The notes beneath the pieces were generated by a model. It was not told the origin of the DNA. It saw nothing but the letters and a program-made list of their open reading frames with translations, and did not search any database. A stretch of DNA of 63,976 nt, counting the filler, from Nanobdellota archaeon (GTDB lineage Archaea > Nanobdellota > Nanobdellia > B33-G15), in NCBI GenBank assembly GCA_003660925.1. It is 6 parts of 6 records of this genome, joined end to end, with 100 filler letters (N's around TTAATTAATTAA, not from the genome) between each part and the next. Parts side by side here need not be neighbours in the genome. Positions count along the whole stretch, not along the records: positions 13,157 to 24,465 come from QMVD01000016.1; positions 24,566 to 35,807 come from QMVD01000017.1; 4 more parts are not named here. One strand, written 5' to 3'. This document shows positions 17,776-27,305 of this stretch, in pieces (within the stretch, counting starts at the first letter, position 1; every line of letters begins with the position of its first letter). The position numbers and the translations under genes were made by a program.

Positions 17776-18595
17776 ACTCCTTTTCCTCCAACTCTTCTAG
17801 CAACTTATCTCCAACGAACTCCCCGCCGAAGTAATCTACCTTCGCAGCTATCGCTATCTTAGCTGCTAAGCTCCTCGCAGCCTTTCCCTTTTTCTTTGCC
17901 CTCGCTACTAGTGGGTGTTGGATGAGGATACCATGTTTTGGTGGTTTTGCTCCTCTCGTTAAGTGTCTGAACAACGCTCTTTCAGCCCCTAAAAGTTGGA
18001 TGGTCGAACTTGGGAGTTTTGCCAGATTTTCCAAGGAGCCCGACAAAGAAATCAACTTTGCCCCTAACAAGGCACCGGCGAGTGTCTTCAAATTTGGAGC
18101 TCTCTCCTCCATCAGTTCATCTATTTCTTTCACGATCTTTGTCCTCACCCTCATTAGCTCTTCCATGAGACCGACGTAATAATTGATAACTCTCGGGTCA
18201 ACTCTTGATCCCAAATCATCCGGTCCTTTAGCCCTCTTCGCCATCTTGAGGAGCTTCTCCATGCTCTCTACACTCCTAACATCCCTGGGTCTCATGAGCC
18301 CGTAGACCTCCCTCAACCTTTCGTATAGTGTGTTGAGCATCTTATCGATCTCTTCTATTGAACTCACCAGGTGAGAGATCAACGAATCAGGCGTATACGC
18401 CTCTCTCAATTTTTTCTTGGTGAACTCAAGGAAGAATTCGTGTAGGAATCTTCTGAACTTCTCTTTTCCCATCAACTTCTCACCTACTTTGATGTAATTC
18501 TCATCCCTTTCTCCTTCGGATCTCAAGAACTTTTCCACAGCTTCTTTTGGGTCCTCCCAGATCTCGTCTCCACACCCAAAAGGGGTAAGCTTCAT
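17768..18595 (-). CDS. nop5: Nop5 (Nop56/58) box C/D RNP protein, short form
   Basis: APNL..LAG, LPSSTIQLLGAERALF, PPKHG and GKAARSLA motifs. Confidence 0.93.
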   Translation of the reverse strand: MKLTPFGCGDEIWEDPKEAVEKFLRSEGERDENYIKVGEKLMGKEKFRRFLHEFFLEFTKKKLREAYTPDSLISHLVSSIEEIDKMLNTLYERLREVYGLMRPRDVRSVESMEKLLKMAKRAKGPDDLGSRVDPRVINYYVGLMEELMRVRTKIVKEIDELMEERAPNLKTLAGALLGAKLISLSGSLENLAKLPSSTIQLLGAERALFRHLTRGAKPPKHGILIQHPLVARAKKKGKAARSLAAKIAIAAKVDYFGGEFVGDKLLEELEEKEYV

Positions 18596-18646
18596 GCTCT
18601 AATAACCCCCAGTAGTTTTTTAAATGTTTCAAGCTATAATCTTCCT

Positions 18647-19318
18647 ATGTCCATTCGCATAAGCACGGGTATTCCTGGCCTAGATCAATTGGTGGGCGGC
18701 GGGTTCGAGGTGAGCAGCATCATCCTTCTCTCGGGGGGGCCTGGGACAGGAAAGACCACTTTCTGCTTACAATTCTTGTACCATGGAGCGACGAAGGGCG
18801 AAAACGGCTTATATATCTCCTTCGAGGAAACGGAAGACGATTTGATAAGAGATGCAAGAAATTTTGGATGGGACCTTGAGGACTTGATAAAGAAGAAGAA
18901 ATTGGTGATAAAACACTACTCCCCTTTCGAATATGATAAGTTCAAAGAGGAACTCACTAGCCTCCTGAAGCTCCACAACGTGAAGAGATTGGTGATAGAC
19001 TCTATCTCTGGATTAGGCTTTTACTTGGAGAACAAATATGAGTTCAGGAAGCGCATTTGGGAGCTTTCGAGGGAGGTGAAAAATGCAGGGTGCACTGCCA
19101 TCTTCACCTCAGAGATCCCAGCGGAGAAGGGATACTCTAGATTTGGCGTGGAGGAATTCATAGCGGATGGTTTGATAGTCCTTCACTTTGGAGGGTTGGG
19201 GGGCGAATTCGACCGAAGCCTTCAGGTAGTAAAGATGAGGCGCACGAACCACAAGAAAGGGTTATTCCCCTTCAAGATAACCCAGAAAGGCGTGAGGGTC
19301 TACCCGAGGAGCGGGTAA
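18647..19318 (+). CDS. KaiC/RecA-superfamily ATPase (single domain)
   Basis: STGIPGLD, GGPGTGKT, LVIDS and KMRRT motifs. Confidence 0.92.
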   Translation: MSIRISTGIPGLDQLVGGGFEVSSIILLSGGPGTGKTTFCLQFLYHGATKGENGLYISFEETEDDLIRDARNFGWDLEDLIKKKKLVIKHYSPFEYDKFKEELTSLLKLHNVKRLVIDSISGLGFYLENKYEFRKRIWELSREVKNAGCTAIFTSEIPAEKGYSRFGVEEFIADGLIVLHFGGLGGEFDRSLQVVKMRRTNHKKGLFPFKITQKGVRVYPRSG

Positions 19319-19351
19319 AGATTTTTAAAATGAGATGCTCTGAGGTTCCCC

Positions 19352-19600
19352 ATGAAAATCGAGGTTCTTAAGGAAGATAAGGACGAGCTCAAGCTTAAGA
19401 TCTATGGGGAAGACCATACCCTCATGAACATGTTGAGAGAGAAACTTGCTGAGAAAGCGGATTTCGTCGCTTACAGGAAAGAACATCCTTTGGACGATTT
19501 CGTCGTGTTCCTGGTGAGGGTAAAAAAAGGAAGCCCAAGGACAGTTATAAAAAAGGCGATCAAGGAATTAATTAGGGAATGGGAAGCATTAAAGTTGTAA
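19352..19600 (+). CDS. rpoL: RNA polymerase subunit Rpo11 (L)
   Basis: GEDHTLMNML..Y..EHPL motif. Confidence 0.93.
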   Translation: MKIEVLKEDKDELKLKIYGEDHTLMNMLREKLAEKADFVAYRKEHPLDDFVVFLVRVKKGSPRTVIKKAIKELIREWEALKL

Positions 19601-20163
19601 AACCAGAGGTGAGGATCTTAGGCGTAGATGACGGACCATTCGATAAGTTCAAGCCCGGAGAAGAGGTTCTTGTCGTCGGCGTTGTTTTCAGGGGAAAGGA
19701 CTCCTTGGACGGTTTGCTGTCCACCAAGGTAGAGTGTGATGGAAACGATGCGACCGAGAAGTTAGTAAAGATGGTGAAGGGAAGCAATCAGAGACATCAG
19801 ATAAGGTTCATCATGTTGGATGGCATAGCCCTCGGAGGGTTCAATGTAGTAGACGTTGAAGAATTGTACCGAGCGTTGAAGATCCCAATCATCGTTGTGA
19901 TAAGAAGGATGCCTAATATGAAAGCCATAGAGAGAGCCCTCCGTAGGTTTAAGGATGGCGAGAAAAGGATGGAGATTTTGAGGAAGGCGGGGGAGGTCAG
20001 GAAGTGTGGCAAGATCTTCTTTCAATGCTACGGCGTTGAGCCGGAAATTGCGGAGCAGGTCATAAGGAAAAGTACTAAGAGGGGAAACATGCCAGAACCT
20101 CTGAGGGTGGCACACATCATCGCTTCGGGGATAGTGCTCGGGGAGAGCCATGGAAGAGCTTAA
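19579..20163 (+). CDS. DUF99/UPF0215 endonuclease V-like protein
   Basis: RILGVDDGPF, DGNDAT, LDGIALGGFNVVD and PEPLRVAH motifs. Confidence 0.9.
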   Translation: MGSIKVVKPEVRILGVDDGPFDKFKPGEEVLVVGVVFRGKDSLDGLLSTKVECDGNDATEKLVKMVKGSNQRHQIRFIMLDGIALGGFNVVDVEELYRALKIPIIVVIRRMPNMKAIERALRRFKDGEKRMEILRKAGEVRKCGKIFFQCYGVEPEIAEQVIRKSTKRGNMPEPLRVAHIIASGIVLGESHGRA

Positions 20164-20188
20164 ATTATGTCCCATGTTTATGTAAAAG

Positions 20189-20722
20189 GTGAACCTGAAG
20201 AGGATATATGAGTTCCTGTTCAAAGAGGAAAGCATACCGAGCTATGTGGCCTTCTTCGCCCTGTCTTTCATCGCCTTGAAATTCATAATTTATCCTGGCT
20301 TCCTGATTTTGATGGGATGGAAGGATATAGTTGCGGTCCTCTCGCCCAGCATGGAACACGGTAATGGCGTAGAATACACCTACTACCGGTGGTTCTCCGA
20401 GAGGAACATGAGCGTCGAGGACTTTCCCTTCCCAAATGGGTTAAACGTCGGCGATGCCGTCATCGTGGTCCCTACCCATGACATCGAGGTCGGGGATGTC
20501 ATAGTGTTTTATCCTCGTGGTTTAAGTTATAGTTTGGTCCACAGGGTGGTGAAGGTCGATTGCGAGGAGGAGTGCTACTACACCACCAAGGGGGACGCTA
20601 ACTCCGAGATATTGCCCATAGAAAAGAACATAACCCAGGAGCAGATAGTTGGAAAGGCAGTCTTCAGGATCCCATTATTGGGCCTTCCTAGGACCCTCAT
20701 GTTTTATCTCCTAGGCATCTAG
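20189..20722 (+). CDS. Signal peptidase I (S26, archaeal type)
   Basis: SPSME, VGDVIVF, LVHRV and TKGDAN motifs. Confidence 0.9.
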   Translation: MNLKRIYEFLFKEESIPSYVAFFALSFIALKFIIYPGFLILMGWKDIVAVLSPSMEHGNGVEYTYYRWFSERNMSVEDFPFPNGLNVGDAVIVVPTHDIEVGDVIVFYPRGLSYSLVHRVVKVDCEEECYYTTKGDANSEILPIEKNITQEQIVGKAVFRIPLLGLPRTLMFYLLGI

Positions 20723-20999
20723 AGATGTCCAACTCGTCGGTGAATTCCACTTTTATCCCCACCTTCTTCAAGTCCTCCCTCATCCTCACCCCAATGTTCC
20801 AGCAGATGACCTTTGAGACTTCCTCCCTTAGTAAGAGATTAAGGAGCTTCGCGTGTCCCACGACGTCGGGTCCCTCTCCATGGGGATTTTCCACCAACTT
20901 CTTCTCCTTCGTTTTCGTGTCATAGATCAGGAAGTACTTGGACCTGCCGAAATGCTCCGAGATCCTCCTTCCGTCCTCAGTTGGGAAAGCGACCCTCAT
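20697..20999 (-). CDS. NifB/NifX-family small protein
   Basis: MRVAFP..ISEHFGRSKYF..VENP motif. Confidence 0.85.
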   Translation of the reverse strand: MRVAFPTEDGRRISEHFGRSKYFLIYDTKTKEKKLVENPHGEGPDVVGHAKLLNLLLREEVSKVICWNIGVRMREDLKKVGIKVEFTDELDISRCLGDKT

Positions 21000-21051
21000 A
21001 TTTAGGAAAGGGGGATTAAATTTTATTAAGTTTCTTCTCACTTCTTAACTC

Positions 21052-21540
21052 ATGGGCTCAAGGGAGAGACCGAAAAGCCTCGAGTTCGCCTTAACCTCTT
21101 CCCTAGTGGACCTCTCCACGACCGCCCTTTACATGCATCGTCATGAGGACGCGATTTGGAGGGAAGGGAATGAACTCGCGAGGAAGTTGGTGACGAGGTT
21201 CGGGATCGAGAGAGGGTTGGTCCTCGAATACCTGAGCTTCTACTTACCTTCCATCTTGTCAGCCTATCTCCTCTCGAAGTTCGTGGACAAATATGTCTCG
21301 AAGTTGCTGGGGAGGAAGAGCACCTATTGCGAGGTAGGGGTGATGAGCTTCATCGGGTTGAGTTCTCTCCTAGAAGGCGCTTACAACTGGTTCAGGAGCT
21401 ATGAGTTGAACAGTTCTGATCCTCGCTTTTCAGCCCCTCTTTTGGTACCCTACCTCTTCGCTGCCTTCTATCCCTTCTACACTCTTTACAAATTGTGGAG
21501 GGATGCACGAGGTGCCTTGGGCCTGGGTGATAAAAAGTGA
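21052..21540 (+). CDS. Hypothetical membrane protein (DUF5658-like)
   Basis: D..TT...EGNEL motif plus several TM segments. Confidence 0.55.
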   Translation: MGSRERPKSLEFALTSSLVDLSTTALYMHRHEDAIWREGNELARKLVTRFGIERGLVLEYLSFYLPSILSAYLLSKFVDKYVSKLLGRKSTYCEVGVMSFIGLSSLLEGAYNWFRSYELNSSDPRFSAPLLVPYLFAAFYPFYTLYKLWRDARGALGLGDKK

Positions 21541-21680
21541 GAGAGAAGAGATGGATGAGGGGCTTCTTAGGATTCCTCGGATTCTTGGGGTTTAACGCGT
21601 TTAGGACAGGCGACTACTCGTGGCTGTTGTGGTTCCTTTGGTTCGCGTGGCTCTACTACTTCAAACACTTGAGAAGGTGA
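21537..21680 (+). CDS. Small membrane protein (47 aa, DUF3796-like; absent from the ORF track)
   Basis: MREKRWMRGFLGFLGFLGFNAF..WLLWFLWFAWLYYF; GGTGA SD upstream; GTGA overlap with the previous stop codon. Confidence 0.6.
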   Translation: MREKRWMRGFLGFLGFLGFNAFRTGDYSWLLWFLWFAWLYYFKHLRR

Positions 21681-21739
21681 GGACTAAACAGAACCCTCGA
21701 AGGAAAAGTTTAAATAGGGAAACAAAACATCTTCTCCAG

Positions 21740-22048
21740 ATGTTTTGCGAGAAGTGCGGTTCGCTGTTGATCCCAAAGGAGAAAAAAGGGAAGAAACTGT
21801 TCTACTGCAGGAGGTGCAAGGCCTACTACAACCTCTCTGGAAAATTGGTGGAGAAGAGCACCCAGAAGAGCAAGATAACCCTGATCGGCGAGAGAAAGCC
21901 CACCTTGCCTACAGTCGAGGAAGAATGTCCCAAGTGTGGTCATAAGAGGGCCTATTTCTGGATAGAACAGACGAGGGCTAGCGACGAACCTCCTACAAGG
22001 TTCTATAAATGCAAGAAGTGTGGCCACGTCTGGAGGGAATATCACTGA
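21740..22048 (+). CDS. tfs: Transcription factor S (TFS)
   Basis: MFCEKCG..CRRC and CPKC..QTRASDEPPTRFYKC. Confidence 0.95.
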   Translation: MFCEKCGSLLIPKEKKGKKLFYCRRCKAYYNLSGKLVEKSTQKSKITLIGERKPTLPTVEEECPKCGHKRAYFWIEQTRASDEPPTRFYKCKKCGHVWREYH

Positions 22049-22079
22049 TTTTTAAAGGGGAAGAACATATTTGGAAACT

Positions 22080-22400
22080 ATGGAACACGCGAGGCCCAGA
22101 TTCATAAAGGACATGCGAGAGGGGGAAAAAGTCTCTGTAGTGGGTCTAGTGGTCTCTAAGAGCGAAACGGGTTACATCATCTTGGATGACGGGACGGGAC
22201 AGGCCACCATCTTAGTTCCCAACGATGAAGTCCTCGAGTCCATCCGGCCTGGAGAACCAATACGGGTGATAGGATCTGTGATAGGGGAAGGAGAGATAAG
22301 GTCTTATTTAGTGCAATCCATGCAAGGGTTGGATATGGAGTTATACAGAGAATACATGAAGCTCAGGGAAAAGTTAAAAAGAGAGAAAGGTGATAACTAA
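22080..22400 (+). CDS. OB-fold protein, RPA small-subunit-like
   Basis: V.VVG.V, ILDDGTG, IRVIG and LDMELY motifs. Confidence 0.8.
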   Translation: MEHARPRFIKDMREGEKVSVVGLVVSKSETGYIILDDGTGQATILVPNDEVLESIRPGEPIRVIGSVIGEGEIRSYLVQSMQGLDMELYREYMKLREKLKREKGDN

Positions 22401-22402
22401 AC

Positions 22403-22630
22403 ATGAAGGCCCAGTTCATGATGGGCGGGAGGACAAAGTTCCTCCTCCTTGGCTTACTCATCCTCTTAATTGGTGGAGCTTCCTACGCCAACAAGGCGGG
22501 GATGCTTTCCCTTCCCTTTTCTCTCCCAGACATGAGCTTCAACGTGGCCGGTTTCTCCTTGACGCTTGAGATCATCCTCGTCCTCTTAGGCTTCTTCTTC
22601 ATCCTGATAAGCAGGCTCATGGCTTATTGA
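22403..22630 (+). CDS. Small membrane protein with an MKAQ N-terminus
   Basis: Two hydrophobic helices; GGTGA SD upstream. Confidence 0.6.
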   Translation: MKAQFMMGGRTKFLLLGLLILLIGGASYANKAGMLSLPFSLPDMSFNVAGFSLTLEIILVLLGFFFILISRLMAY

Positions 22631-22668
22631 GGAAAAAGATTTAAACACGACCTCCGTCTAATTAGCTT

Positions 22669-23403
22669 ATGAGGCTAGTCACGTCAAATCCGAGCATAAT
22701 CAAGAACGCTATAGAGTCGGTCGGTGAGCTCATAACTGAGGGTTCTTTCGTATTAGAAAAGGACGCCATAAGGTTCAGAGCAATGGACCCTGCTGGCGTT
22801 TCCATGGTCATCCTCACGATCTTCAACTCGGTCTTTGATGTTTATGAGGTCAATGGCGAGAGCTTGACACTTAATCTTGAGGATTTCATGAAGGTGTTGA
22901 GGAGAGCGAAGGCCACAGACAAGATGGAACTGACCCTGGAGGAAAACAGGTTGAAGATAACCTTTAAGGGGAACGCGATAAGGAGCTTTTCCCTTCCTTT
23001 GATAGAGCCTTTAGGTGAATCTCAGAAAGTCCCAGAACTAGAGTTTAAATGTAAGGTGGAGCTAGACGTGGAGGTCCTCAAAGACGCCATAAAAGACGCG
23101 AGCATGGTCTCGGATGCCGTCACCTTGGAGTTGAGCGGAAACACTTTCCTCATAAGGGCTTCTGGGGATTCCCAAGAGTTCTCAATGGAACTCAATAAAG
23201 ATACGCCAGGCCTTATTTCTATGGAGGGCGAAGGCAAAGCCAAGTACAGCCTGGACTACTTGGGGAAGATGATGAAGGCTTCCTCTTTGGCGGATAGTTT
23301 GATCATGAGGTTTAGTACGGACTATCCCCTGCAACTGGAATACAAAGCTCTCGATAAGATAGACCTCATATTCATCCTTGCTCCTAGGATAGAGAGCGAA
23401 TGA
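22669..23403 (+). CDS. pcn: PCNA sliding clamp
   Basis: AMDPAG, YSLDYL and LAPRIE motifs. Confidence 0.96.
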   Translation: MRLVTSNPSIIKNAIESVGELITEGSFVLEKDAIRFRAMDPAGVSMVILTIFNSVFDVYEVNGESLTLNLEDFMKVLRRAKATDKMELTLEENRLKITFKGNAIRSFSLPLIEPLGESQKVPELEFKCKVELDVEVLKDAIKDASMVSDAVTLELSGNTFLIRASGDSQEFSMELNKDTPGLISMEGEGKAKYSLDYLGKMMKASSLADSLIMRFSTDYPLQLEYKALDKIDLIFILAPRIESE

Positions 23404-23432
23404 TTTTTATATCCTCCTCCCGAGGTTTAAAC

Positions 23433-24323
23433 ATGAAGATCGGTATTCTAGATGATAAGAAAGAGGTCTTTTCCAGAGATGTGCTCAACAAGCTGAAGGA
23501 GAAGGGGTATCAGGTTGAATATGTTTGGTTTGGGTATCAGAGAATTCCTACCAAAAGCGATTACAGAGTGATCTTTGATAGACAGAGCATGTACGATGAG
23601 TTCCTGAGGGCCATCATGAAAGTGCTTTCCTTAAATGGCACCTATGTCATAAACAACCCCTTTTCTAACATCTGCGATGACAAGCTCATAGAGTTGAATC
23701 TATGTCAAAGCCTGGGGATCCCCTACCCTAAAACCTTGGTCCTTCCGAAAGAGAATGTGGAGTACGACATGTCCCAAGAGATAGTCCTCACCGACGTCAA
23801 GGACATTCTCCCCGAATTAAAGTTCCCCCTTGTTATGAAACCCCATGATGGGTACGCTTGGAAGGATGTTTACGAGGTGAATACGCCAGAGGAGTTGGAT
23901 AAACTCTACAGGAGCTTGAGGGACGAATACACTATTCTGGTCCAGGAGAAGATAGAGCCCAAACTCATGTACAGGGCCTATTCCATTGGACACGAGAAGG
24001 TGATCCTTGTTAGGTATGACCCCTCCTCTCGAAGGTATTTAGAAGATGATTATTCCCAGATCAAGGGCTTACTCCCGAAGATAGAGGAGTGGACCAAGAG
24101 GTTAAACGAGGTCTTGGATTATGACCTTAACTCCGTGGAGTGGATGATCGATCAAAATAATCAAGCTTATCTCATAGATGCCTTCAATGAAGTCCCTGAG
24201 ATCTTGCCAGAGAGTATCCCAAGAAGGTATTACGACGAGCTCGTGAATTCTGTGGCTGAGCTCATAGAAAAGATATTTCACTCAGATAAACACAACAGGT
24301 GGCCCTTCGATTATCCTCCATGA
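23433..24323 (+). CDS. ATP-grasp (RimK-like) protein
   Basis: VINNP..DDK, FPLVMKP.DG, VQEKI and YLID.FN motifs. Confidence 0.8.
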   Translation: MKIGILDDKKEVFSRDVLNKLKEKGYQVEYVWFGYQRIPTKSDYRVIFDRQSMYDEFLRAIMKVLSLNGTYVINNPFSNICDDKLIELNLCQSLGIPYPKTLVLPKENVEYDMSQEIVLTDVKDILPELKFPLVMKPHDGYAWKDVYEVNTPEELDKLYRSLRDEYTILVQEKIEPKLMYRAYSIGHEKVILVRYDPSSRRYLEDDYSQIKGLLPKIEEWTKRLNEVLDYDLNSVEWMIDQNNQAYLIDAFNEVPEILPESIPRRYYDELVNSVAELIEKIFHSDKHNRWPFDYPP

Positions 24324-24465
24324 ACATCGCTCAGATCCTTGAGTATTACCACAGGAAAGACATAAGGGAAGAAATGTTGAGATTAGCGGAGCACAGGGAA
24401 GTTGTTCCAAGGTATAAGGATGGGGGGTTTGGGAAGAGACCTCAGACCCTGAAGTATGAGAAGGA
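24320..24465 (+). CDS. DNA primase small-subunit-like N-terminus (cut by contig end)
   Basis: EYYHRKDI..REVVPRY..GFGKRP resembles a PriS N-terminus; two genes downstream of pcn. Confidence 0.65.
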
Positions 24466-24565
24466 NNNNNNNNNNNNNNNNNNNNNNNNNNNNNNNNNNN
24501 NNNNNNNNNTTAATTAATTAANNNNNNNNNNNNNNNNNNNNNNNNNNNNNNNNNNNNNNNNNNNN
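24466..24565. other. Artificial contig linker
   Basis: N44-TTAATTAATTAA-N44. Confidence 0.98.
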
Positions 24566-24674
24566 ACATCCCAGTGAGTTGTGAGACCGTGGAGAACATC
24601 GTGATAGAAGGGAAGGGAAGCTTCAAAATATGTCAAAACATCTATGGACATAGGATCGACAAGGTGGAGTTCGT

Positions 24675-25223
24675 TTGATCTATGACTTGAAGAAAGAGGA
24701 GAGGAGGAAGGGGCTCCACGTCTTGGTAGGGATCTGCATAGTTCTCTTCCTGATGTTGAACAGGACGATCACGCTCTTTCTCCTCTTCGCCTTGATCGTC
24801 CTGTCCATCCCCCTCTACACCTTGGTTAGGAGGAAGGAAATCTTCCTCATTTCAGACGCGCTGAGGTACTTCGGGAGGGAAAAAGAATACGGAAAAGGCG
24901 CGATATATTTCCTAGCGGGTTGCTTCTTATCCATCGCTTTATTCGAAAACGCCTATTCCATACCTGGAATCTTAGTGTTGTCGTTTGGGGACGCCTTCTC
25001 CTCTTTAGTGGGACTGAAATACGGAAAGAGGGGGAGGAAGAAGACGCTAGAAGGTTCCTTGGTTTTCTTCCTCATCTCACTCTCCATCTTACTGAGTTTC
25101 TTTTCACCCTGGAAGGCTTTTTTAGTATCCATAATCGTGACAGCAGCAGAATATCTCCTGACGCCAGATAACTTATTCCTCCCTTCCCTCACTGCCTTCC
25201 TCTGTAATATCCTTCCAATTTAA
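24675..25223 (+). CDS. Polyprenol/dolichol/phytol kinase-family membrane protein
   Basis: RKGLH, FGDAFSSLVG, KTLEGS and DNLFLP motifs. Confidence 0.85.
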   Translation: MIYDLKKEERRKGLHVLVGICIVLFLMLNRTITLFLLFALIVLSIPLYTLVRRKEIFLISDALRYFGREKEYGKGAIYFLAGCFLSIALFENAYSIPGILVLSFGDAFSSLVGLKYGKRGRKKTLEGSLVFFLISLSILLSFFSPWKAFLVSIIVTAAEYLLTPDNLFLPSLTAFLCNILPI

Positions 25224-25844
25224 AACTGGCTTTGGAAACCTTTCATAATCGTCGAATATCCTGGGACAGGCGAAATTCACCCAAACGTCTATGGAAGGAA
25301 AGTTGATCAGCTCCTCGGGGAGTATGGTGTCAAAGAGGAATATGTAAACCTCTTTGTCCTTGAACTTCTCCTTTAACTCCATTGCTCTTTTCAGGTTAAA
25401 TTGCCCTGGTTTCACCGACACCAAGAAGCCCACTTTCCTCGCCTCCCTAAAGGCCTGCTTCGCGATTTCCCTTCTCACCTCGTACTTCTTAATGATCGAC
25501 TCGTCGAAGACTCCGAAAGCCTTGCTGAGAGGATTTAACACGTATACTCTCTTCCTCCCCGCCATGTAGATCCCCGCGGGGTGGAATTGGCCTGTCCCCA
25601 CGTAGAGGAAGCAATCTACTTCCCCGAGTTTCTTCACGTTTTCCAAATTGCAACCGAGCACTTGTCCTCCGAAGATCGCCTCTTTCCCGTGCTCGTTCAA
25701 GAACTTCACCACATCCAAGGCTTGGGAGATGTGTTGAGCGGTAGTGAGGATGCCTATGCGCCTTTCTTCCATGCTCAACAATTTCTCCAGGAGCTCCTTT
25801 TCTATGGGCTCTTTGAACTCGTAAGGTACGAACTCCACCCTCAT
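25173..25844 (-). CDS. dph2: Diphthamide biosynthesis Dph2, lacking the N-terminal domain
   Basis: TTAQH, GQVLGC, G.GQFH, KPGQ and ACPRI motifs; only 223 aa. Confidence 0.85.
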   Translation of the reverse strand: MRVEFVPYEFKEPIEKELLEKLLSMEERRIGILTTAQHISQALDVVKFLNEHGKEAIFGGQVLGCNLENVKKLGEVDCFLYVGTGQFHPAGIYMAGRKRVYVLNPLSKAFGVFDESIIKKYEVRREIAKQAFREARKVGFLVSVKPGQFNLKRAMELKEKFKDKEVYIFLFDTILPEELINFPSIDVWVNFACPRIFDDYERFPKPVLNWKDITEEGSEGREE

Positions 25845-25881
25845 GGTTAAGCTTTTAACTCGAGGCCTTTAATCTCTTTTC

Positions 25882-26592
25882 ATGTGGCTCCTCGATGAGA
25901 ACGGAAGGATCCATCACACCACGAGGAAGGCGTTGAGCACCGATTTGGGGATAGTTAAGCTGAAGGGCGCGAGGGTGGGAACGGTGCTGAGGAGCCACTT
26001 GGGACACAAATTTTTGGTCGTGGAACCCAATTACCTGGACTTCATCGAGAGGATGAAAAGGGGCCCCCAAATAATCCATCCAAAGGACGTGGGGATCATA
26101 GTCACTTACTTAGGGGTAAAGTCAGGGGACAGGGTAGCAGACATAGGAGCTGGTTCCGGAGGCATGACCTTCTATCTCTCCAGGATCGTGGGAAAGAAAG
26201 GGAGGGTATATGCCTACGAGAGGGATGAGAGGTTCGTGGAGATCCTAAAGGAGAACAAGAATCTCTTGAACGTGAAAAACGTGATCATAAGGCAAGAGGA
26301 TGGGAGGAACATAAGGGAAAGGGATTTAGATGGTGCTGTGGTGGACGTGAAGGAACCAAGAGAGGTGTTGGAACCCATTAGGAAATCCCTTAAGCCCGGG
26401 GCCTCCCTTGCGATTTACCTTCCAAACATAACTCAAGTGAAAGAGCTCTTAGAAGGATTAGAGGGGTGGATAAAGGTGAGCGTCTTCGAGATCTTGAAGA
26501 GGGACTGGGTGGTGAAGGAAAAAGTTTTGAGGCCAGAACATCGCTTGTTAGGCCACACGGGCTTCATAACCATCCTAAGGAAGTTTCCTTAG
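25882..26592 (+). CDS. trmI: tRNA (adenine-N1)-methyltransferase TrmI
   Basis: RGPQIIHPKD, GAGSG and GHTGF motifs. Confidence 0.93.
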   Translation: MWLLDENGRIHHTTRKALSTDLGIVKLKGARVGTVLRSHLGHKFLVVEPNYLDFIERMKRGPQIIHPKDVGIIVTYLGVKSGDRVADIGAGSGGMTFYLSRIVGKKGRVYAYERDERFVEILKENKNLLNVKNVIIRQEDGRNIRERDLDGAVVDVKEPREVLEPIRKSLKPGASLAIYLPNITQVKELLEGLEGWIKVSVFEILKRDWVVKEKVLRPEHRLLGHTGFITILRKFP

Positions 26593-26763
26593 TTTCATTG
26601 CCCTCATCACAGCAGAGGCCTCCATGGATGTCTCCACTTTGTATAGGATCTTTATCTTCTTACAACTGAGGCGTTTGAAACACCTCCTGCAGGTAACCGT
26701 TTTCTGACCGGAACGAAACGCAATGGGATGACCACACTTATAACACCTCCCCACGAACCACAT
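26575..26763 (-). CDS. Small Zn-ribbon protein (DUF1922-like)
   Basis: RCYKCG..KTVTCRRC. Confidence 0.65.
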   Translation of the reverse strand: MWFVGRCYKCGHPIAFRSGQKTVTCRRCFKRLSCKKIKILYKVETSMEASAVMRAMKLRKLP

Positions 26764-26794
26764 AAAAAAGAGAAGTGAGGGAAGGATTAAAGCT

Positions 26795-27243
26795 TTATCC
26801 CTCTTCCAACAAGTGCTCCAAGGGTCTCATCACAACATCGGCCTCTATTTCTACTCCGTCCCCCATATCTAAGAAAGTTAGTGTGCCATCCTGGGCCACG
26901 TGAAACACTCCTAACACCCTCTGTTCCATTCCCTCCCTAACGACCTCTCCCTTTTCAGAGAGAATTCGAGCAAAATATTGTTCCCCCCTTCCCACCACCA
27001 TGCTTTGTCCTGGAGAAAGGAACTCCACATACTTCCCCACCTTAGCTATGTAAAGACCAACGAAGTGGGACATCTCTACGAATGTCTTGCCATCCACCTT
27101 GATCCTCATGCCCCTCCCGTAGCTCACAGCCGCTCTTTGAGGTTCGAATGGCCTACCTGGTGCTATCTTCCCCCATTCCTCCTTGGCGGCCTGTAGGGCT
27201 TCCTTTATGCTCTTCCTGATCTTGCCCAAATATCCCGGCATCA
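26795..27243 (-). CDS. Hypothetical protein, degenerate FHA-like paralog
   Basis: Aligns by eye with 27306..27821; VVGR..RVLGVF..LTFLD; start uncertain. Confidence 0.55.
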
Positions 27244-27305
27244 TGTCATGACTTCGTAGTGAGGGCTTATAACCTTTCCGGTCAGAGAAAGAAATAAGCA
27301 AAAGG

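Noticed and set aside
21620..21739. N-terminal extension of TFS in the ORF track
   Set aside because: The family start MFCEKCG at 21740 has its own TATA-like box, and the extension overlaps another small gene
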